From the NCBI GenBank assembly GCA_052327205.1, contig CM126228.1:14198001-14262000 (forward strand): a stretch of DNA of 64,000 nucleotides, in the 5' to 3' direction. Source of the DNA: Somniosus microcephalus. Taxonomy: Eukaryota. Both the position numbers and the translations under genes were made by a program. The number at the start of each line of letters is the position of its first letter. Positions within the stretch are counted from its first letter, which is position 1. A model generated the notes under the pieces. That model worked only from the letters and a program-made list of their open reading frames with translations, did not search any database and was not told where the DNA came from. This document shows, piece by piece, positions 51,976 to 63,806 of the stretch.

Positions 51976-53974
51976 GAGATGTTCATCTCCTTAACAAAGG
52001 CCGTTGCTGTGCAGTGGAATTCGTCCAATGGCCCAGTTTCCAGTTGCAATTACGTGTTTTGACGTGTTCACCCTCGATGTTTAAGGAAATGGCATAAAGT
52101 TGGCGAAAACTTACAGTGCTCCTAGTGTTCCAGAGCTGGCTGCACGTGTCACCCTCCCTCACACTTTCAAACACATTGTATTAGTTTTGTAAACACGATC
52201 TTTTTCCACACGTGTCATTTCTGCCTTCATCTGGTTGAGACCTTACCGAAATATTAAATCTGGATTCATCTCATAGGCAGATGTTAATCCTTGTGCTCCA
52301 TTCCTCCGTTTCTCTCCACCCATCCCTCAGCCCCGTTTAAATCGATCAAATCTCTGGCCTTTATCTCATGAAGGAAACTTTGTTAATCAGACCCCGAATT
52401 AAATGTGGGGTTATTGGCAGTGCGTTACAGACAACCTCGGACCGCAGTGACCCCTTTGCCTGGGTGGTTCTTCGATCCTGGGTACTGGCGTTTGCTGTAC
52501 CTGAACCTGAGGAGGAGCCTGTGATTAAATAACTATCTATTCATGTATTTATGACATTTGGTGAGAAGCCAGGAATATTTAAATACTTTACACCTGTGTT
52601 GTGCAGTGTGATCTGGGTGTACATGGGCTGTTCCGTGCCCTGTGAAAAAAACCTGTATGTACCTATAGATATATAATCATAATATGACAATCATATGGAA
52701 AATATGGTTTATTTCTTTATGTCCATATATTGACATTTCCATGTATGATAATTATGAACAATTATATACTCGTATATGGTCAATAAAGCAAGTATGTATA
52801 ATTACATATGGTTTGTATACAGCCAAATGTTTAATTTTATGCATTTATATATGACTCAAAGAATTACCAAGATAATGTTAAAGTATTCTGATTTGATTGC
52901 TGTTCAGACAGGGTACAGGTGCGGTAAGAAAGGACTAAAATGAAAATAAATGAACAGTTCCGACAGTAAATTGTATCAACTGATTAGAGTTGCTATTTGT
53001 AAACTGACACCTTGCTTGACTCCGGTATTTTGATGTGAGTCATCATATTATTGCAGCCTTTCATGTTGACATGAATCGAACAAAAATAGAATGTGTCGGA
53101 GACGGTGACCAAGGTCTCAATAAGGCGGGCGGCACCTTCAGGTTAAAAAATAACTTCTGTTTGGGGGGGCGAACTTTCACAACGTGGCTCTAATTCTGGG
53201 AATATTTTCGCCACTAAGTCGTTTAGATTTACAACTAACTTTTATTCTATTCCTCTTTCCGCATGAGATCTTTTTCAATAAATTTGTATTATACTTTCTT
53301 CATATTTATCCTTTCCTGGTGTTCGAGTTGCTTCCCTTGCAAGGCAATGGGTTGTGATTGGGTAAGTTTAATTTATATGGGCAGATATATAAAGTGTGTG
53401 AAGTTGCACTGTCCAGGATATTTAGTTTGAGGGAGTTACCCCAAACCAGACTCAGTAATAAATTGTCGATGTTAAGTTAAGTTAAAATTCGCTGTAAAAT
53501 ATTGTAAGATTCGAGTTCTCTGTCCTGGAGTTTGATGCATGTATTGTTAAACTGGTTGATCTTAAGTTTGTTATGGCGAACTTTTCACCCCTATCATTTT
53601 ACAATTTGGTGTAAGTGAGAGACCATTGTTCACACCGTGCGATGCCAACCGCGGCTAAAACCACCAGAGGTGACTAAATTAACCCTTTATCGGCTTCAAC
53701 AATTAAGGAAGCTGTAGAATTTATTGAGGTGTCCAAGCAACTGCCCCTAGCAAAAGCTTGGTATTGGCAAATAGCTGGTTAAATAGCGGATATCATGGTC
53801 TGGATCCTCACTAAGAAGCTCCAAGAAGTTAACCTCACTTGTAAGTGGGTATTGGACAAAACTACCCTTTTACAGAAAAAATCCTGCTCGGAATGCGTAT
53901 CAATGAAATGCCTTAAGCTTCATAAATACAATTATTCTAACGGCTGCTTGTGTTCCAACTTCTCCATGAACACA

Positions 53975-54768
53975 AACAGCCCTTCCCCTTCACCTGGCAC
54001 CTTCCCGTGCAAGCGCAGGAGATGTAACACCTGCCCCTATACCTCCCCCCTTCCCACTGTCCAGGGCCACAAACACCCCTTCCTGGTGAAACAGCGATTT
54101 ACTTGTACTTCTTGCAATCTAGTATATTGTATTCATTGCTCACAATGCGGTCTCCTCTACATTGGGGAGACCAAACGCAGATTGGGTGACCGCTTTGCGG
54201 AACACCTCCATTCAGTCCGTAAGGGTAACCCCGAGCTTCCGGTCGCCTGTCAATTTAATTCACCACTCCATTCCCACTCGGACCTCACCATCCTTGGCCT
54301 CTTGTGGAAGCTCAACGTAAACTCAAGGAACAGCAACTCATCTTCCGATTAGGCACTTTGCAGCCTTCCGGACTCAATATCGAGTTCAACAATTTCAGAT
54401 CATAACCTCAGCCCCTATTACTTTTTTACTTATAATTTTTTCCACCCCTTTGTTTTGGGTCCTCCTTCCCCCCCCCCTTTCCTTTTGTTTCTCTCTCTCA
54501 CCTGGCTGCTGTCTCTTACCTGCCAGTACACTTCACACCTAATCTCAGCTGCCTTTTGTCTCCACTGGCCTATTACCATCTCGTCTGGCTTCGAACACCT
54601 TTTATTGTCTCTTTTTCTTCTTTTGTTTGATGGCAGTCTTGCCTTCGATCTATTTTATTTTCTTTCCAGTTTTGAAGAAGGGTTTCGACCCGAAACGTCA
54701 ACTCAAATTTCTCTCCACGGATGTTGCCTGACCTGCTGAGTTTTTCCAGCATTTTCTGTTGTTATTTA
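53975..54768 (+). mobile_element. Penelope-like element (Poseidon-type) 3' fragment: GIY-YIG endonuclease pseudogene plus pLTR
   Basis: GTFPCKRRRCNTC, FTCTSCNLVYCIHCSQCGLLYIGETKRRLGDRFAEH, PVAC.FN; after a frameshift EAQRKLKEQQLIFRLGTLQPSGLNIEFNNFRS* (stop 54403-54405); pyrimidine-rich 3'UTR and hammerhead. Confidence 0.93.
54668..54703 (+). ncRNA. minimal hammerhead ribozyme, C3U core variant
   Basis: AGUU-UUGAAGA-A-GGGU-UUCG-ACCC-GAAA-CGU-C-AACU: stem I AGUU/AACU, stem II with UUCG loop, palindromic ACGU, GUC site. Confidence 0.7.
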
Positions 54769-56009
54769 GTAATTTATTTATTTGGGTACCTCGCTATAAG
54801 ATGCGATAATCACAAACATTCTAGCTATGTTCTACAAATGGTTGTAACTGTACCATTGTTAGATGGATCCTCGCACAGTGAGGTTTGTCGTAGCGAATTT
54901 AATCTGAGAGCCCTTAATGACGGGTGTCCAGGTTCTCCCCAGATATTGCCAGTTATGTTCATGCCTGTACTTTTGTCGCCTATGGTTCACCCTGATCACT
55001 GGGAGAACGTGACACTTGGCGTGTTTAGCATCGACATGGAGCACTAATATGTCGACTTGAAGATGCCGAGTTTAAAAAAAATGAAATTTGAATTTATATT
55101 TTAAAAAATCAATTTGACACAACAATTTGTGATAAATCTTTGTTTTTGTTTCATTGCTGCCCAGTGACTATGATTGAGAATTTATTTCAATCAGAAAATA
55201 GTAAAAAGATCATCCAAACTACTGTAAAAGAAAACAGGGCTGTAATAAGCACGAGAGTGCTTTACTTCACAAGTGAGGATCTAATAAACAGGAAATGAAA
55301 GGCTCATGTATCGCCTTACTTCACACGTGACAAATCTAATTAAGTTTGAACGAAAAAAAGCTCGAGTGATAAACTCTTGGCTCGAGGAACAGCGATGCCC
55401 GACCGGTCCAGAACTAGTTGAGATTCTGTACCCAGATCAAACACTGACTGGCCCATCCAGGATGTAAATATTGCGGCGGAAACGGAAACACTACAAGCAA
55501 GTTGTGGTCGAAATTATAAGACAGGAACATGAACTAACCTGTAAAATATTTTATCAAAATCTCCTTACTTAAATTCGGAAACACGTTTTAATTCAATGGG
55601 AATAATGTAACCGATATAATTGACACACACTATTAGTCCTGTTTTATGCTGAGTAACTAACGATATAAAACAAGTCTACATATCATGCATGTGGTTGATA
55701 CATGAAAACAGCTATATTTTCCCACAACGAAACAATTATAATTGGTGAATTATTTCAAAATGCTCCATTGTTATAAGATTAATAAAATGACTGCAAGAGT
55801 GAGTGATGGCTCGTTTTTATGTTCCATCAGGCGTCTGCAAAACTTCGAATAACCAGTAGGTATGAGCTGAAGCCAACTGTGTGTAGTAACATGGATTATA
55901 AACTTATACCTGCAATATTGATTTTAACATTGAAAGAAAACATATTGTTCAAAGCCATGGAAAAGGTAATGGAACTTGTGAGAAATAAAGATATTATTAA
56001 AGATATTAA

Positions 56010-56303
56010 AGGGGTCACAGTCTAAGGATAAGGGGTAAGCCATTTAGGACTGAGATGAGGAGGAATTTCTTCACCCAGAGAGTGGTGAACCTGTGGAATT
56101 CTCTACCACAGAAGGCAGTTGAGGCCAATTCATTAAATATATTCAAGAAGAAGTTAGATATATTTCTTAAGGCTAAAGGGATCAAGGGATATGGGGAGAA
56201 AGCAGGGACAGGGTACGGGATTTGGATGATCAGCCATTGAATGGCGGAGCAGGCTCGAGGGGCCGAATGGCCCACTCCTGCTCCTATCTTCTATGTTTCT
56301 ATG
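56010..56303 (+). mobile_element. CR1/HER1 3' end, young
   Basis: MRRNFFTQRVVNLWNSLPQKAVEA..LNIFKKKLDIFL; tail CTATGTTTCTATG. Confidence 0.93.
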
Positions 56304-56714
56304 AAGCCCTTCCTTTACCCAGAATATTAAACACGTTCTTATTTTCGGTTCTATTTTCTATATAAATGGGGAGGGGGGGGGGGCGAATTTCCCAGTGAAA
56401 CATTGCGGCCTTTCACTGTCCGAGACTGACAATCCAATTAGTCATTCAAGACTAATTGTAAGAGGTTTTTTTTTAAATAGCCGATGGGGCTGAAGGAAGC
56501 TCAACCGAAGATCAACCTCATCAAGTATTTGCAAGTACAGTACCTCTTTCCTCTGCAAGCCGATATCTTACAGGATATTTATTTCTGCAATGACCATGCA
56601 TGAAATAGTGTCCAAAAATAACAGCGAGAAGAAAACAAGAAGTTAATCAGAAACTTGAATTTATTGGAGGATTATTGTAGGAATGCTCAACAGCGATTAA
56701 ATATTCAATCAAAC

Positions 56715-56810
56715 AAGTTGCACCTTACTCCCGGTGGAAATATTCGTTTAATAAGTGTACGGATAGGTGTGTTCGTATCCTTTGAAAATCTTGAAAGCTA
56801 TGGTCCATAG
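56715..56810 (+). repeat. dispersed ~80-95-bp direct repeat, copy 1
   Basis: First 51 nt are 45/51 identical to 57661-57711; shared AGCTATGG..CATAG end. Confidence 0.9.
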
Positions 56811-57569
56811 ATCAGCAAACCCACCGGTACTGGGATTTACTCTGTGAACAGTTTAATACAAGCAACTGGGCCATAACAGCACCAGACCATGAGAATATAT
56901 CAGTGCAGGTCCCCGACCCCTGCATTGGCTGGAATTTCAAACTGTTCCAAATCAAAGTTTCAAACATTTACTTTCATAGGCAACCTTCTTCTACTGTGCA
57001 TAAAGTGTTTCAGGTAAAATGTAGTCCCAAAAGATACGAATAGTATAATAAATAAATCAGTCATAGGTCGCCGAAAAAACCTTCATAGAGTTTCAGCATA
57101 ACATTTTCCAGATATCGGTTCATACTTTGTATTGTTAATTACACCACAAAGTGAATGGGTTTCCCGCCGGACGAACGTGCAAGAAATAAACATTCCTTCA
57201 GATTGAGAAGGTGGGACGTGGAACCGTAAATTAACGAGCAATTCATCTATTGCCCGAAACAAATAGATAATCTATTGGTTTATATGTAGGGGTGTTACAA
57301 ACACACTGTCCTCGCCGAGTTAGTCTATGCTCGTTTATTGATATTCTTCATTTGTTTAAATTAATTTCCAAAAATAATCAGTGGTGTTCTATATATTAAT
57401 TTTAATCTCTTCTATATGTTTATGTTTCAATTGATGGTTTATACCAAATTTAATTAAGAAACAATCTTTCAGAAGAAGAATGGGATTGGAATATATATGT
57501 ATATAATTTGAATTTAAAATCTGTTCAGATGCAAACCTCTCAATATTTAGTTCTTCCTCAATGTTCATT

Positions 57570-57884
57570 AATCTTCGAGCCATACAGATCCAAGGTGGTC
57601 CTAGGTTTGCCTCATTCCTTCACTGTGCTGAGTGAGCTGAGTTCAGTCAGGGAACTGCAGAAGTTGCACTTTACACCCGGTGGAGATATTCGTTTGCTAA
57701 GTGTACAGATATGTGAATTCTTAGAAGCTATGGCCGCATAGGGGTGGGGGAGACCAGCTGAGTTCCTGCTCCTGATTAATGCTCAGTGACCCCAGCTAAC
57801 AAATGCATTTTGTCCACACTGTGTGAGGGCGGGTTCGAACTGAGCTGTGATGCCTCTCACAGTTTAATAGCCTGCCCACACTTC
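57570..57884 (+). mobile_element. SINE 'family B' fragment carrying copy 2 (57661-57741) of the dispersed repeat
   Basis: CTGTGCTGAGTGAGCTGAG...TTCCTGCTCCTGAT...GAGCTGTGATGCC...AATAGCCTGCC; appears to resume at ~58679 (AGCAAGAATCAACACCT). Confidence 0.55.
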
Positions 57885-58678
57885 AGCCTGGAGTTTCCGC
57901 TCGATTGCCCTGTTTTCCCCCCCAGTGCAATTCCCCCTTATCAGAGTAACCGGCTCAAAAGATTGCGGAATTTTAAGCCAAATTATGCTCAGCGCAACTC
58001 GAGATTCCGTGATCTTTTGTACTAGTTTTAAAAACATCGCGCTGGAAGCCAGCCCCGCCCACATAACTGGCCACACCCCCAGGCTGAATTAATCACTATT
58101 GGGAGTTTCCGCTAATTGCGCTCGTTTGTAGGCCTTCGAGGAGACTCCAAAAATTAAGCTGGATCCTTTTGGGCGCAAAGACACTAATAGGTATGTTTTG
58201 AAAGGTTTTGAATTATTTTTTAAAATATTTACTAATGAACTGACTACTCTCTACCCCAATATAACTAGGAACTGGTTCTATATATTTTTAAGTCATTTAA
58301 AATCGGGTTACTTACAGGTGGTGGATTGACACTGTGATTTAAAAATGCTTATTTTTTGTGATAAGCCCATTTTCAGCTGTATTAATCAAACTTTACCAAA
58401 TAGCCACTCTTAAATATATCAAGAAATATTTTATACAGCAACATTTTTTTAAAAATAACGTTTTAAAACACTGGCAGATTGTGCTGGTACATGGCAGATT
58501 TTGCGTTCAGCGCAATGCAAATGAGTTTGAGCGCAAACTCGGGGGGGGGGAACAATTTTCAAAATGGGCGCAATTGTGGGCGCAATTTGTGTCCGAATCG
58601 CCAATTGCGTCCAAAGCAGAAACTTTACACCTGAAGATTGGGCAAGCTACCAGTGGGGAAAGAGTGGAATTTGCCCCC
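57885..58678. mobile_element. Harbinger-like MITE, degenerate TIRs
   Basis: Ends AGCCTGGAGTTTCCGCTC / revcomp GGGGGCAAATTCCACTC; GC-rich ends and AT-rich core like 6587-7346 and 19978-20724. Confidence 0.6.
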
Positions 58679-59924
58679 AGCAAGAATCAACACCTGCAGA
58701 AGGAAGAAACTGTACAAAAAAATGTAAATGGGTAGCCTGCAGTACACGATTTTTAATGCATCCCCATATAGATTTACAGCAGGTTAAAGCTTAATTTCCT
58801 TCTCTATAAAATAGATTATAATACATTTACTAAATTTTCTAAGACACATGTATATATTCAAATTCATATATAATTGCATTTTAGCAGTCTCTGCTCTGAA
58901 ATCTTCCCACCTCGATAAGCAAACGTGGGTCCGAAAACAAACTGAGACCGCCTCCGCCACTTAGAGCAATTTGGTCTCATTGAGCTGATTAGGAATATTT
59001 GCTTCTTACTTTCAGTTTCTGTCGTGATGTCACCTCCTTTTCTGTGCGGGCTATTGAGCTGTAATGTATTTACTGACCCAACCGCTTCTACATCAGCCCT
59101 ACCACACAGACATATCTTTGATTGTGAGTCTGTGAAACTGACCACAAGTGGTCCTGATGCTGATTGGGGAAGGGTGGGGCGGGGGGTGGGACAACAGAAA
59201 TGTAAGTGGTTGAGTTTTTTGATTCATCAGTTACAATAAAATACACACGGGCTGAAAACCAAGACTCTTCCCCACCAGAACGTGTTTGTTTCAATGATCA
59301 CATGTCCAATATAAGCGATGTAATAAACATCAGTGCTACGATTCCGCACGGAATGTTCAAAATGCAAAGACCAGCAATGCATCCCATCTTTCTCCAAGAC
59401 TTCAGGTCTTTAACCTCCTTGCAGCGTGCTTATTGCGTTCTCTACATGTTCTTCCTCATTCTGATTCCTCTTTAGTCTGGGGCTCATGAGCCAATCCACC
59501 TGTGGCAACGGCAACTCTTCGGGTGACTCTCCAACGGGAAACCTGTAAAATAAAACATTAGAGCCGATAAAGACATGCGTTGATGCCAAGTTTAAGACAA
59601 TAATGAGTTTGGTCTCTTTGATTTCTCTGTTAACGGGCCCAAGCCAAGTGTGGGTTAACATCGCTGGCACAACAGATCATGTTTTTCATGTTAGAATCTA
59701 TTTATTGATAAAAGATTAGGACAACTTCACGACAATATTATCGTTTATTGGATTATTTTACATAGAAAGTTACAGCACAGGAACAGGCCACTTTGGCCGG
59801 TCGATTTTCGTACCAGCCTGTATTGGATATTATCTTGGATAGTGTCATAACATTGCCAACGTAATTTTAGGTTTTATAAACACAGGCGTAAAGTATAAGA
59901 GTACACGCTAATCAGTATGTTTTT

Positions 59925-60420
59925 CATTGCTTCGTTATAGAAAGGACATTAAAGAAATAGTGAGCATACAGTATAGATTCATCAGGATGATGCCAGGGAT
60001 GAGAAACTATTGGTATGGGGAGAGACTTGAGATACTGGAACTAGAATTAATTCCACTGGGGCAAGAAAGCTAAGAAGAGTTTTAACTGAGTTTTTTTTAA
60101 TTATGAAGGGTTTTGAGAGGGTGAAGAGGGAAAGACTATTGCCTTTGGTTGGGAAATCAGTGACCGGGGATCATCAAGTTAAAGTTGCCATTGGGGAGAG
60201 GTAAGGAGAAATTTATTTAGGGAGAGGACTGATGGAACACAACATTCTTTTCCATGGGGAATGGTTGAGGCGGAGACCATTGCATCTTACGGGCAAATTG
60301 GATAAATATTTGAAACGGAAGAAAATACGGGACAATGGCGAGAAAGCAGGGCTGTGGGGTTAGTTTTTCATTGCTCTAGCAAAGAGCCGGCACTAATGCA
60401 ATGGGCCGAATGGCTCTTTT
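59925..60420 (+). mobile_element. old CR1 3' fragment
   Basis: AGATTCATCAGGATGATGCCAGGGATG...ATTATGAAGGGTTTTGA...AAAGAGCCGGCAC...ATGGGCCGAATGGC. Confidence 0.75.
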
Positions 60421-63299
60421 TTTTCAATAAACGATTTGTTTTGGTATCTAGTATCCTGACAATCAATCCCTTTATACCGCCCTCCTCACACTCACTCACA
60501 CTCACACACACAAAGTGTTTAGTTATCCACCATTTCATGGATCGGAGTTCATTTTTGCAAGATCTTCCAATGTATTCATTTTTCGATAATATGCCAAAGA
60601 TTTTACACAAAAGTAAAATGCCGTTTGTAAATTCTGCCCCTTTCATAAATAATACGGTAGCGTCAGTCTTCAGGAACATCACTTTGTAACAAAAAGAAGT
60701 GCATTCCACAGTATAGGTTAAACGGATTCAGCTGCTCTACCGCACGGAGCACAATTAGCAAACAAGCCAGCCCCAACATCAACTACAAATGAATTATTTT
60801 TAATGCGATGTGACAGACACACATCCCTCAGGATTCTCAAACTCCAAACCATCGCTCACTTGCTGATTCCCTCTGTCTCTTCTCCGAAATGGTTCATGAT
60901 TCTAAACTGGATTTTTTTCCTGCCAAAACCGCATAAAAATAAACCTTTGAACTGTGATAATTAGAGCAAGAGTATTCAGAAGGATCAGCGTTTCATTGGG
61001 GTTTAATGCAAGTTTCAACATTCAATGAAGCAGCATTTTGCTGTAGGTGCTGGGCAGCCTGATTTGGCTCACTTTCCCGTATGTTTTTCTCTCTTTCTGT
61101 TTCTTAAATCCCACTTTAGGCTAAGACTTCTAATTCTTCCCAAAGCAATCTGATGATTATCAGATTTGTGCCTGTTTTCACTGTTGGGTTTTATACAGGA
61201 TCTCCCCAGGAAATCAAATGATCCCCATTGTGTTTTAAACTATAGGATTAAACGCAGTGAACACCAGACGAGCAGGCCAGATATCAGTGCTTGGCTTTAG
61301 CTGGGGCAACATATAAAGGGGCTCTAACAAGTCTTATTTTGCTTCAGTTAGATTGGAGCTTGAAAGACGCACTCGTAATCTACTGTAATTTGTGTCTTTA
61401 AACTTTGTTCTCGCTCTGGTTAACTTCAGTTCCATCAATACAAAAATGTGTGTGGACCTGTGATATCTGGGTACCTGCTGAGTGCTATATTAGCCTACTT
61501 CCAATACCCACCACTTCGCACGGGCCGCTCATTCTGGCAGCAATGTAGGTGTTTGTCAGTTGTCTGCGTTGAATGGGTTTGGGGGCGGGGAAGCAGAAAT
61601 GAGTCGATATGTGTCAGCCCTCGACAAGTGCTGGCTTGCAATCGTTGTGAAGCCACGATTACACAGGGCACTGCCTTCATATTTTTAATTTATTGTGAAC
61701 GAGCGGCACAGTCAGTAAGAATATGGCTTCTTGGTTGGTGCAAATGGAGTTTGATTTTCATTGAACAGGTTGACTGACTACAGCCAATAAATGGTAACTG
61801 TCCAATAGGATTTATGCTTGCATAGGGAGTTGTGAGCTAATTAAAGATCTCGCCTTGCGCTTTAATTGGGTCTTTATCCCCTGGTCCAGCATGTAACCTG
61901 CTGGATCATTCACCACCGTCTTATCAATGAACCTTTTCATTATGTGAGTGCTTTGCAACAATGCACATGGAGGACACACACTGAAGGACACTCAGATTTC
62001 AAGTGGAGCGATACATGTTATTATGGTTTATTTTTGCAAATGAGCGCATTTGGGGCTCGTGATTTGGGCCATGAACGTATATTTTAACCATCCCCACTAA
62101 CCTACAACCCCACTTTCCCGACACAAAGCTAAATTTCTCATCCCAAGCCCTGGACACATTGAGGCTGTGGAGCTTACTTTGCTCTTTGGAATTCTCCTCC
62201 GTAACCCCACCCTCTTGCCGTATCTCTCAAACCCCACCTGTTTGGCCCCAACTTCATGTCACCTCCCCATACCTTCCTCCAGTCTCTGCTTGGTGTCTGT
62301 TCCCATCGTCCCTCCCTGGAAAGCCTTGAAATCGTTAGCTACACTAAAGACAGTGTAAAAGATCATTGCTGTTTATGCTTGCTGTTGTCGGTTCTAAAGA
62401 GGAAGATTTCACAATCTAATTTTAACTGCAATAGACTCATTTTTCATAGACATACCAATCCCGATGTGATTAATCCGTGTCATCATACATACAATGTCCA
62501 CACTTGTGTGTAATACCATGGAGTCTGATACTCCTCCCTCACTCACCACCGTATTGGTACAGCGCACAGCCTGCCCAGGAACTGATATCATCTGATTGGC
62601 TTTGCTTTCAGTGAACAACATGACATTTGAGCTGCTTTTCAATGTATTTCTTGTTTATGTTTCAGAGCCAAATATCTATCCCGATTTTCTAGTGAAAGAA
62701 GCAATATTTGAAGCTGAGGACAGGTCTATGAATTGAATACTTTATCTTCATTTAAAGGATTATTCAAGTTGCAGTGAGCCAGCACCCTAGCTTCGCCATC
62801 CAGTTTTCTTTGAGGTCAAGGGCTAGCTCATATGATGCAATGAGCAGCCGTTCAGCTCTCCATCTATGTAATAATTTCCATTACAACTCCATTATGCAAC
62901 AAAGAAAATGTAATAGATTTAATGAATCATTCACTTTATTTAGTGAATCAGGGTTCCTCATTCACAGAATAAATGGGATAGCCCACTGTTGCTCTGTCTG
63001 TCCCCTACTTCCCATTATGTTCTATTACATATTCTGATTCCATGTGCAAACGTAGTCGCAAACTACCATTAAATTAATTAATGTGTTAGTTTTAATTATA
63101 TGGAAATACATTGAAGGAAATGATGCATCTTTATAATGTCATGAGGATCCTGTTATGACATCAGTGATAGTATTATGGCATCACCAAGAAGCTGTTACTG
63201 AACTACAGGGAAATAATTATATGTTAATCTGAGAGTTGGGTTCTCATTTTTATTCACAGCTACCAGGCCTGGTAGGCTAGTTATGCAGCTCAACACTGA

Positions 63300-63628
63300 T
63301 GCAAGACTTCTTTGACAGCACCTGCCAAACACGCACCTCCAGCATTTAGAAGGACAGAGGCAGCAGGTGCATGGGAACACCATCAGCTCCAAGATCCCCT
63401 CTAAGTCACACACCATCCACACTTGGACATATATTGCCATTCCTTCATTGTCACTGGGTCAAAATTCTGGAACTCCCTACCTAACAGCATTATGGGATCA
63501 TCTTCACCATACAGACTGCAGTGGTTCACGAAGAAGGCTCACCACCACCTTCTCAAGGGCAAGTAGGGATGGGCAATAAATGCCAACCTTGGCAATGAAG
63601 CCCACATCCCAGGAATGAATTTTTTAAA
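63300..63628 (+). mobile_element. non-LTR retrotransposon 3' end (same family as 14540-14782)
   Basis: Collinear with 14540-14782, extended 5' (CTTTGACAGCACCTGCCAAAC...GGGAACACCATC). Confidence 0.8.
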
Positions 63629-63764
63629 AATGGGTTATGCATCTCAATGCACAAAATCTGTTCTGAGTGCAATTGGAATTTTGGTAAGTGGTGTGACATC
63701 ACCTTAAGGAAGCAGTCTCAATTGGTTGGTGCTTCGTGTCCACTGTAAGCCATGCAAAATTTAA

Positions 63765-63773
63765 TCTCTCTCC

Positions 63774-63804
<31 letters not shown>

Positions 63805-63806
63805 CA
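63765..63806. repeat. (CT)n(AT)n microsatellite
   Basis: direct inspection. Confidence 0.9.

Noticed and set aside
53795-54352. 185-aa ORF as a host zinc-finger or nuclease gene
   Set aside because: The C-terminal part is a Penelope GIY-YIG domain with a frameshift; the N-terminal part is read-through from flanking DNA.
59410-59542. Coding exon of a prepropeptide (RLKR dibasic site in FPVGESPEELPLPQVDWLMSPRLKRNQ...)
   Set aside because: No upstream coding exon or recognisable family found; kept only as a possible non-coding exon.
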